Source of the DNA: Candidatus Obscuribacterales bacterium
GTDB lineage: Bacteria > Cyanobacteriota > Vampirovibrionia > Obscuribacterales > Obscuribacteraceae
Direction of reading: 5' to 3'
Assembly: GCA_965228855.1 (NCBI GenBank)
Contig: CBDDIJ010000003.1
Coordinates: forward strand, 3,552,001-3,616,000
DNA length: 64,000 nucleotides
A program made the position numbers and the translations under genes. The notes under the pieces were generated by a model. The model saw only the letters and a list, made by a program, of their open reading frames with translations, made no database searches and was not told where the DNA came from. Positions 56,401 to 64,000 of this stretch are shown piece by piece. Position 1 is the stretch's first letter. Every line of letters starts with the position of its first letter.

Positions 56401-57864
56401 CTACTTCTCTTTTGATTGCAAAAACTGTCGGGCGGCGATCAGCTGCAAATCCGCACTGGTACCAGATATGGTACCAGGAACATTTTTCACTTTGATATCG
56501 GACTGAATGCCCTGTCTATTTGTATTTCCATCGCCGAACCAATGCCCCTGCGGAGAGAGGAATCTGAATGTGGTGAGCTTGAGAGAACTGCCGCCGGGCA
56601 TGCCAGAGAAAATAGTCTGCCCAATGCCCTTGCCGTAGGTGGTACCACCTATGATCGTTCCCACCCCATTCTCTTGCAGAGCAGCTGCTAGAATTTCGGC
56701 TGATGAAGCGGTTTTCTCGTTAACGAGAATCGCCACAGGTTTATCAACAATCGGTTTAAACCGCGCCATTTGAGAATCCGGTCTCACCTCGGGATCTAGC
56801 GATGAAGTCACCGAAATACCACCTGGCGTGAGCACGTAATTCTTCCTCGAATACTGGGGGTTGTCCGGATCCGAGTCCACTCGGCGCGAGATGGTCAGGA
56901 GATTTCCTTTGTCTACGAACAAAGACGCCATTTTCAGGGAACTGTTCAGAAGTCCGCCGATGTTGTCTCTGAGGTCCAGGACGTATGACTTTGCATCGGG
57001 ATGACGTTCGATAGCTGCTTTCAATTGCTCAGGCTGTGCCTCGTTATCCATGGCATCGACTTTCAAGTAGAGCACGCCGTTGGGCAACATCCGATCGTGA
57101 ACCGTGAGCACTTCTTTTTCCGTGCGCTCCACATTCAGCTCAACAAGCTTACCATCGCGAATCACTTTGATACTAAGGGTGGTGCCATCAGCACCGGTAA
57201 TTTTGTTTCGCAAATCTCTCTCGCTGGCGCGAGACACATTTTGACCGTTGACATAAGCCATGGTATCGCCGACTTTAAGCCCTGCTTTCTCGGCACCGCT
57301 GCCGGGAGCGAGACTGCTGATTACGAGATTGTCGCCAATACGCTGAAAGGTTGCGCCGATATCGCCCTCACGCCCCTGGCGCTCGCGTTCAACAGCCTTC
57401 GACTCAACAGGCATGATGACCTCGTTGTACGGGTCACCTGTAGAACGCAGGATTTCGTTGGCAAACTTCAGAGCGTCGGCGTCGGTTTTAATCTGGCAGT
57501 TAAACTTGGTTTTCAGGTCCGGAATTCGAGCAAGTGGGCTCGGGTCGTACATACTGCGAGCCGCTTTGGTAATCAGGTTCTCGTATGCCAGGGAGCGCGG
57601 GCAGGATGCCAGCGGCGGCACCGGCGGAGCGAATACACCAGGGTGAGACGGGGTCAAACGGTCACTGAAGGGCAGATAGGGAATCTGTTCCGATTGTCCG
57701 GTCGTCGGTTTGCCACGCAGATAGGGGTCATCGGTCGGAGCAGCCGGCCGGACCGGCGCCGATACAGCCTGGGCGAGAAGATCCTGGGCTTCGAGGTTAA
57801 GCGAGCTTTCCGCGGGCTTAGGCGCCGCGCTCTGCTTATCGTGGACTCGCTCGAATTCGCCCAA
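56401..57864 (-). CDS. S41 (CtpA-like) carboxy-terminal peptidase with PDZ domain
   Basis: GDPY, PDZ (GSGAEKAGLKVGD), LDLRDNIGG, TASSAE catalytic Ser, TYGKG catalytic Lys. Confidence 0.92.
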   Translation of the reverse strand: MGEFERVHDKQSAAPKPAESSLNLEAQDLLAQAVSAPVRPAAPTDDPYLRGKPTTGQSEQIPYLPFSDRLTPSHPGVFAPPVPPLASCPRSLAYENLITKAARSMYDPSPLARIPDLKTKFNCQIKTDADALKFANEILRSTGDPYNEVIMPVESKAVERERQGREGDIGATFQRIGDNLVISSLAPGSGAEKAGLKVGDTMAYVNGQNVSRASERDLRNKITGADGTTLSIKVIRDGKLVELNVERTEKEVLTVHDRMLPNGVLYLKVDAMDNEAQPEQLKAAIERHPDAKSYVLDLRDNIGGLLNSSLKMASLFVDKGNLLTISRRVDSDPDNPQYSRKNYVLTPGGISVTSSLDPEVRPDSQMARFKPIVDKPVAILVNEKTASSAEILAAALQENGVGTIIGGTTYGKGIGQTIFSGMPGGSSLKLTTFRFLSPQGHWFGDGNTNRQGIQSDIKVKNVPGTISGTSADLQLIAARQFLQSKEK

Positions 57865-57972
57865 AGTCTTGTCCTTGAAGAAACTTCCACCCGGAGGCAG
57901 AGAGCTAGAAGCTCTATACCCCCATAATAGTCATGATCAAGCACTTGGGCAATTGTGAAATTACGAAACAGG

Positions 57973-59829
57973 TTACTGGAATCGGTTCACGATGTTCTTG
58001 AACCGGGTTACGAAGTCGGCGGGTGTACTCGGGGGAAACAATAGTTTTGTCAGCAGGTGACTTTCTGTTGGTTCCGAATATGGTGCCATTAACAGTGAAA
58101 CATAGTAAGTTTCATTCGATTGGAAGGGAAGCAATTCGCTTCCCGCATATGCGCCGCTCGTCACCGTCAAATCGCCCAGTACGCCCTCACTCTCCGGAAC
58201 CATTATCTGTTTGACGCTACGAGGCAGCATCAGACTTTTTACGCGATACTCGAAGTGAAATGACTTGTCGGTTTTAACTATTTTTGCTCGCGGATAGAAC
58301 TCCGTGACCAGAGATTCAACTTCTTTGGAAATCCCGGCAAAATCCAGAGGATTCTTGGGTGGAGGTTGCACAGCAGGTACCTCCTGCTTCACCTCAGGAG
58401 CTTTAGCCACTTCAACCGCAGGGGGCGCGTCTGATACCGGCTGTGGTGGCGTTGTTCCCATCGCAGCCAATGTCGGAAACTCGGCATTTAACGTTTTCAA
58501 ATAACCGGCGCAATCCTCATTCGTCGCAAGAGCCAGCTCCAATGCTGGTTTTGCAAGTTGCATGTAGGCTGCGGCGCGGTTCATATCTACCTTTGTGCAT
58601 TCACCGTTGGCATACATCCGACCGAGATAATAGCGCGCGATCGCGTCCTCGTTTTTGCTGCCCTGGTCAAACCATTTCTTCGCCTCACAGAGGTTCTTCG
58701 GAACGCCCTGACCCAGGTAATACAATTCTCCGATACTTACCTTGGCTGGATAGGAACCGGCAGCGTCAGCCCTGCGGAACAGTTCCATCGCCTTCTTATA
58801 GTCCTTCTTGAGTCCGCCCTGGCCCTTCTTTGACATCAAACCGAGTTGATGCAAACTATCAGCATCGCCGGACGCTTCAAAGTATTTACGAGCTCTGGCA
58901 TAATCGCGATTTTGAAACATACCGATATAACTGATACGTCCCAACCAGGTCAAAGCAGCAGGATTTCCGGTCGCAGCCTTTTTCTCGAGTATCGGCTTCG
59001 ACTTCACTATGCACTGCTTTGCCTTGTCCAGGTTTTTCTGCAAACCGTGGCCGCCCTCGAAGTAGACAAAACCGAGCGCGCATTGAGCCAGAGCGTTCTT
59101 TTGATTTGCAGCCATCTCCAGCCATTTCTTCGCCTGCGTAAAATTCTTCTCTACGCCAAAACCGCCCAGGCTGTACAAAATTCCGATGATGACCTTGGTG
59201 TCCGTTCCCTTCGCATCAGCGAGTTTAAAAGCTTCGATTGCCTTGTTATAGTCACGCTCGGTGTCCAATCCATCGCTGTAAATTCTTCCAAGGCAAACAG
59301 CAGCTTCGCCATCAGCAGGTCCGTAATCTAAGTATTTTCGGGCTGCTTTGTAATCGCGAGGTACGCCCTGACCTTTGAAGTAGAGCTTTCCCAGCCATGA
59401 GGCGGCCTCTTTATTGCCATTTTTTACAGCAGCCGAGAACCACTCCGCGGCCTTCTTAGCATCAACCTTGGTTCCCTGACCGAGCAAATACATCTTGCCG
59501 AGGTACAGCTGGTAATTCGGATAGCCTTTCTCCGCCATGATGCGTACAAGAGGGAAAGCCGCGCGGAAATTGCCTTTCTGCAAATAACTCTGCATGGAAG
59601 CAAGGGCAGCCGTCGCGCGTTCACCGCTGCGCTGCAGCTCGTCTTCAAGATCATCGGCTGCGATTGCAGAGCCTTGCAACGCCAATGCACATGCGACCAC
59701 TAAAAGTCCGACCGTTAAATGCCGAGGTCCTGCGTGTCGAGTCCAGATAAGTCGAACGATAGTGTTCAGTTGTCGAACGTCCAATAAATTATTGTTGTGC
59801 ATTGAAACCCGCTGTAGATTGGATTGCAT
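57973..59829 (-). CDS. Exported Sel1-repeat protein
   Basis: Signal-like segment; about 9 Sel1 repeats (LGKMYLLGQG, LGKLYFKGQGVPRDY). Confidence 0.9.
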   Translation of the reverse strand: MQSNLQRVSMHNNNLLDVRQLNTIVRLIWTRHAGPRHLTVGLLVVACALALQGSAIAADDLEDELQRSGERATAALASMQSYLQKGNFRAAFPLVRIMAEKGYPNYQLYLGKMYLLGQGTKVDAKKAAEWFSAAVKNGNKEAASWLGKLYFKGQGVPRDYKAARKYLDYGPADGEAAVCLGRIYSDGLDTERDYNKAIEAFKLADAKGTDTKVIIGILYSLGGFGVEKNFTQAKKWLEMAANQKNALAQCALGFVYFEGGHGLQKNLDKAKQCIVKSKPILEKKAATGNPAALTWLGRISYIGMFQNRDYARARKYFEASGDADSLHQLGLMSKKGQGGLKKDYKKAMELFRRADAAGSYPAKVSIGELYYLGQGVPKNLCEAKKWFDQGSKNEDAIARYYLGRMYANGECTKVDMNRAAAYMQLAKPALELALATNEDCAGYLKTLNAEFPTLAAMGTTPPQPVSDAPPAVEVAKAPEVKQEVPAVQPPPKNPLDFAGISKEVESLVTEFYPRAKIVKTDKSFHFEYRVKSLMLPRSVKQIMVPESEGVLGDLTVTSGAYAGSELLPFQSNETYYVSLLMAPYSEPTESHLLTKLLFPPSTPADFVTRFKNIVNRFQ

Positions 59830-59907
59830 CTGAATGGTCAGCCTGATGAGGCCTTATTACCACATATGCAAACCTTCAAAACCACTTCAGGTTTCAAAAG
59901 CCTGATG

Positions 59908-60378
59908 TCAGTTTCTCTTCCAGATTTGCCACCACCGGCGGTTCGATTTTTCGTCACTGGAATCGTCAGGAGAGGATAAACCGGCTTCGGGTTCAACAGC
60001 CTCAGCCACCACATACGGCACCACTGTGGTCCGGTTGAAATTAACAGTTGCTTCCAATCGGGTGGGCTGGTTATCGTCCGTCGTTGCCAGAATCTGGTAT
60101 CGACCGGGCAGGAGTTTCAAATGACCTGTGTGATATACGCTTTCAATGCCGCGCTCGTCGTAGAGCTTGACAGTGAGTTCTTGAAACGGCTTGTTCGGTT
60201 TCACATCAAGTGTGCCGACATAATAGGTCGTGTACAACCAGACAGAAACAGTGCTCAGTGCGGCGAATATGGTAAGAGCCTTCGATGCGACGCCCAGATA
60301 AGTATCGGCCTTCTCGACCCTGCCGCGTTTAACGGCTTTGACTTCTGCCTGTTTTCCACTAATTGCCGAACTCGGCAT
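59908..60378 (-). CDS. Small membrane protein with a PEGA-like beta domain
   Basis: One TM, GTLDV...LKLLPGRYQI, C-terminal RRWWQIWKRN. Confidence 0.65.
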   Translation of the reverse strand: MPSSAISGKQAEVKAVKRGRVEKADTYLGVASKALTIFAALSTVSVWLYTTYYVGTLDVKPNKPFQELTVKLYDERGIESVYHTGHLKLLPGRYQILATTDDNQPTRLEATVNFNRTTVVPYVVAEAVEPEAGLSSPDDSSDEKSNRRWWQIWKRN

Positions 60379-60546
60379 AGAAATTTCCTCTTCAAGCCGT
60401 CGTCAATCTTACCAGATGTCAAACCCCTGTCGAGACATCGCCGAGACATCGTTAAGATTAGCGATTTTGAACCTGACTCCAATGCGCGAAAAACTTCGCC
60501 AGTACGCGCTAAGAGAACTTCAGACCGAATGATGCCTTTTTAACAT

Positions 60547-63500
60547 CTAGCCACTGCTGCGATTGACACGCTCAAAATCGATTTCCAGCAGTTTTTTACG
60601 GGCGTAATTCTTCAAATTATTCGGAGCCTTTTCAAATGCCACGCGCGCCGGCTCATATCCCTGCTCTGCCGCTTGCAGATAGAGGATTACCGAACGATCC
60701 CTATCCTTTTTCACGCCGATTCCACGTTCGTAGCACAGTCCCAGCCAGTAGCGAGCTTCCTTCTGTCCACGTTTTGACAGTTCTTCAAACAGAGCAGCCA
60801 GGCGATTGAATCGTGATTGAAATCCCTCGCGAGACCAGAAATTGTCCTGGACGAAAAGCGCATCGGCAGCCCGCTCCAGGAGATGCTTAGCCCGAGGGCG
60901 GTCCAGAGTGACGTTTTTTCCCTCTATCAACTCGAGGGCAAGATTCCAGAGTGATAAAGGGTCTGATTGCTCGACAGCCTTCTCCAGAAGCGCTATTCCC
61001 GCAGCCGGATTTTTCGGACAGCCCTCGCCTTCCAGCAAAGCCACGCCCATTAATCCTTGCGCTTCGGCATCTTCGTAGTTAACGGCTCGTTCCAAAAGTT
61101 TAAGCGCCTCTGCCGGATTAGCTTCGAGCATCAAGCCGCGATTATTCAATGCCGACAAAAACCGCAATGCCTCCGGACTGGCTTCGTCAGCCGCTTTATG
61201 GAGCCACTTCAAAGCTTCGGCTCGTTCGGTTTTAAACCGCTCGTCGTCAAAATCATCAATCGAGGAAGGATCAAAATCTTTGTCGATCTCTTCGACCCAC
61301 CAGCGTACAACCCGCTCGCGTTCTCGCTTGTTGAGATTCTTCATGGTCAGGAAGCGACCGAGCAAATACTGAGCCTCGCGATCTCCGTGCTCAGCGGCTT
61401 TGCGATACCATCTCAGCGCTTCGTTCAAATCCCGACCATCAGGATTGTTGCCCCGATAATAAGCGGCTAGTCCAAGCATGGCCGAAATATTTCTTCGATC
61501 GGCTGCATTGCGCAACCAGCTCAAACTGTTTTGAGGATAAATGCTCTCCTCGAAGCAAAGGCGATAACAGAGGGTCAAATGCGGCTCCACCACTTCGCTG
61601 CCAAAGTCAAAAGCGCTTCGGTACAGTTCAGCAGCCCTACCGAGGTTGCGATTGACACCGACACCTCTCTCATAACATTTCGCCAGAATAATCACGGCAA
61701 ACTCGTTCTTCTTGTCCGCGAGCAATTTCAACGTCGAAATAACTTCACGAATCGGTTTGTCCAGCGGCTCTTGCAGCAGCGAGCGCAGCTTCACCTCTGC
61801 AGCCGGAGAAGATGGAACATTCGCGGTCGATAACCAGTTTTCCACGTGAACGAGCTCGACATCAGACATGATCTTTGCATCACGAATCATGTCCAGCTTT
61901 TCCTGCGCCATGGAACTTCCCAGTTTGACAGCGAGTTCCAGCCAACGCATACCTTCCTCGACATCGCGCTCAACTCCGTCGCCGTCGATGTAACACAGAC
62001 CCAATTCACAGGCCGCACCGGCATGATCGAGCTCCGCCGCGCGCCGGTAGAGGTCTACAGCCCGAGCACGGTCTTGATTTACCCCGTCGCCAAAGTAGTA
62101 ACAAATGCCCAGAAGGTAGAGTGCGCCATCATTGGCTTCATTGCTGTCAATCGCGGCAGCGAGCCAGCGAACAGCTTCCGGCCAACGCTTTTCCGTACCG
62201 ATTCCGTAATAGAGGCACCGCCCGTAGTTGCTCTGACCGAGACTGTGACCGTTCTCCGCAGCCCGGCGGTACCAGTAGAGCATTTCCTCGTAATTAGTCT
62301 CTATTCCTCGATCGCCCTCAAGAAGGCAAGCAAGATTTACCATCGCTCCGGTAACGCCCTGGTCTGCGGCTTTCCGATAGTAGAAGGCCGCCTTCACTGG
62401 ATTGAGTTCAATGAAATCTCCGAAGTCATAGCAAACCGCGAGCTCATATTGCGACTGAGCATATCCGGCTTCCGCCGATTTGATCAGCCACTTCATGGAC
62501 TCCTCATCGTTCTTCGAGACGATTTCACCATCGCGTTGAGCCATTGCCAGCATATATTGCGCACTGGTATTGCCCAGGTTAGCGGCCGTTTTCAAACTAT
62601 CGCCGTCGCCGGCATCGAACGGAGCGGACATAGCCGGGTCAGTCTTTCCATCTCCAGCGGAATAAGCGCTCCAACAGGCAAGCAACGCGACTTCCAGATC
62701 CGCGCGCAACTCGACCACATTCTTATATCTCTGCTCCGGCTTTTTCGCCAGACACTTCATCAAACAATGTTCTAAAGTCTGTGGTAGCACCAAATCCGGT
62801 GCCACGCTCGAGATCGGATTGGGAGGTGTCGAGACGTGAAAGTTCATGGCTTCAAACGCGCTGGACGCGGAGAAGGGCAGCGCGCCCACCAGAACACGGT
62901 ACATGATGCAGCCGAGCGAATAAATATCGCTTCGCTCGTCAAGTTCGCGACCGAGACATTGCTCCGGGCTCATGTAAGCAGGGGTCCCCTGCACGCGTCC
63001 CATGGTGGTGAGATTTTGAGTTTCACTCTCGCTATCACCGAAGTATTTTGCCATGCCAAAGTCGACTAGCTTGACGGTTTCCTGACCATTCTCATCGCGA
63101 GCCACCATGACGTTCGACGGTTTCAAATCTCGGTGAATAGCACCTTTCTCGTGGGCAAAACGCAAAGCATTGGTAATGCAGAGAAACAATGGTATTGCGC
63201 GCGAAGGCTCCAGACGCCCCTCTCGGCTTACTAACTGTTCGAGACTCTCACCATGGATATATTCCATGACAAGATAGGCGAAACCTTCACTGGAAACGCC
63301 AAAATCAAAGACAGAGACAATGTTGTCGGAAGCTAAAGAATTAGCGACTTTCGCCTCACGAACAAAGCGTTCGAAATTGGACTGATCGCCGGACAGGTCG
63401 GAGAATAAAACCTTAATGGCGCACAGCCGGTCCAGGTGCTTTTGAGTAGCGCGAAGAACCATGCCGAGACCGCCGCGCCCGATAATCGAGTTGACCTCGT

Positions 63501-63585
63501 ACTTTCCATCGATTGTCGTTCCGAGTAGCGAGTCGGGGCGCAATTCATGTCTCCTGAAAACCGACGAGCCTGATCGAAGAAACAC
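60547..63585 (-). CDS. Ser/Thr kinase fused to a long Sel1-repeat array
   Basis: IGRGGLG, CAIK, HRDLKPSN, DFG, GTPAYMSPEQ, then more than 10 Sel1 repeats; no TM seen. Confidence 0.95.
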   Translation of the reverse strand: MFLRSGSSVFRRHELRPDSLLGTTIDGKYEVNSIIGRGGLGMVLRATQKHLDRLCAIKVLFSDLSGDQSNFERFVREAKVANSLASDNIVSVFDFGVSSEGFAYLVMEYIHGESLEQLVSREGRLEPSRAIPLFLCITNALRFAHEKGAIHRDLKPSNVMVARDENGQETVKLVDFGMAKYFGDSESETQNLTTMGRVQGTPAYMSPEQCLGRELDERSDIYSLGCIMYRVLVGALPFSASSAFEAMNFHVSTPPNPISSVAPDLVLPQTLEHCLMKCLAKKPEQRYKNVVELRADLEVALLACWSAYSAGDGKTDPAMSAPFDAGDGDSLKTAANLGNTSAQYMLAMAQRDGEIVSKNDEESMKWLIKSAEAGYAQSQYELAVCYDFGDFIELNPVKAAFYYRKAADQGVTGAMVNLACLLEGDRGIETNYEEMLYWYRRAAENGHSLGQSNYGRCLYYGIGTEKRWPEAVRWLAAAIDSNEANDGALYLLGICYYFGDGVNQDRARAVDLYRRAAELDHAGAACELGLCYIDGDGVERDVEEGMRWLELAVKLGSSMAQEKLDMIRDAKIMSDVELVHVENWLSTANVPSSPAAEVKLRSLLQEPLDKPIREVISTLKLLADKKNEFAVIILAKCYERGVGVNRNLGRAAELYRSAFDFGSEVVEPHLTLCYRLCFEESIYPQNSLSWLRNAADRRNISAMLGLAAYYRGNNPDGRDLNEALRWYRKAAEHGDREAQYLLGRFLTMKNLNKRERERVVRWWVEEIDKDFDPSSIDDFDDERFKTERAEALKWLHKAADEASPEALRFLSALNNRGLMLEANPAEALKLLERAVNYEDAEAQGLMGVALLEGEGCPKNPAAGIALLEKAVEQSDPLSLWNLALELIEGKNVTLDRPRAKHLLERAADALFVQDNFWSREGFQSRFNRLAALFEELSKRGQKEARYWLGLCYERGIGVKKDRDRSVILYLQAAEQGYEPARVAFEKAPNNLKNYARKKLLEIDFERVNRSSG

Positions 63586-63656
63586 TGAGCTTAATGCTCC
63601 ACATAACAGCTATATTAAAACGTAACAGGAAACCTGCAAGGCACAATGGTTTTAAA

Positions 63657-64000
63657 GTGCAGATTATAAACGGCGACCAAAAATCAAGCAGGTCGGTAAT
63701 TGTCCGACAGGCGACCCTTGAAGATGCGGAGGCGCTCCATCAGCTCGACTTGTGCCTTGAAAAAGAAACCGACATCGACATCCCGTCAGTCGTCCCCTGT
63801 TCGCAGGCGAATTATCAGCGACTAATCGCACGAACGATGTCAAGCCAGCGAATGGAGCTCCATCTGGTTGCAGAAATCGATGGACGAGTCGTTGGACAGC
63901 TCAGATGTACGGGATATCGTCGAAGAGAATTTCGGCACGTCGCCAGTTTGGATATTGCCATTCACAAGGATTTTCGAGGTCTGGGAATTGGCACGCTTCT
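63657..64000 (+). CDS. GNAT acetyltransferase (3'-truncated; not in the ORF track)
   Basis: My translation from GTG 63657: ...IVRQATLEDAEAL...LVAEIDGRVVG...RHVASLDIAIHKDFRGLGIGTL, open to the window end. Confidence 0.85.
   Translation, partial: MQIINGDQKSSRSVIVRQATLEDAEALHQLDLCLEKETDIDIPSVVPCSQANYQRLIARTMSSQRMELHLVAEIDGRVVGQLRCTGYRRREFRHVASLDIAIHKDFRGLGIGTL

Noticed and set aside
57001..57927. 308-aa + strand ORF
   Set aside because: Antisense shadow of the S41 peptidase; no recognisable domain
61846..62775. 309-aa + strand ORF
   Set aside because: Antisense shadow of the kinase-Sel1 gene
1..64000. Prophage, IS element, defence island or tRNA
   Set aside because: No integrase, transposase, phage structural, nuclease/NTPase defence motif or cloverleaf recognised by eye; tRNAscan and DefenseFinder were not run

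Overview
Gene-dense bacterial chromosomal segment of roughly 50% GC (judged by eye). I found no rRNA, tRNA, CRISPR array, integrase or transposase. It is very rich in TPR, Sel1 and WG repeat proteins, carries three Hanks-type Ser/Thr kinases and a 2421-aa beta-helix exoprotein, and holds ordinary metabolic and transport genes (cdd, crcB plus DUF190, a D-threonine aldolase-like enzyme, a PPi-type Pfk, truC-like, mgtE, a CPA2 antiporter, an S41 protease). This mix suggests a non-photosynthetic cyanobacterial relative such as Ca. Obscuribacterales/Vampirovibrionia (inference, not verified). The clearest structure seen directly is a TetR - HlyD/ABC/ABC-2/ABC-2 - TolC efflux locus bracketed by two identical 22-bp palindromic operators. 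Less explained signals: an 8 x 11-bp phased CTTCA array between the giant exoprotein and a TPR gene, a 22/44-bp alternating repeat after truC, a giant exoprotein with no visible export partner, a stand-alone degenerate MshEN-like protein, a putative RQPP-containing leader ORF before the K+ antiporter, and a secreted RGG/prion-like protein paired with a SnoaL-fold protein. Several start codons were moved from the ORF track to the more plausible downstream start. All family calls come from motif recognition, not database searches.
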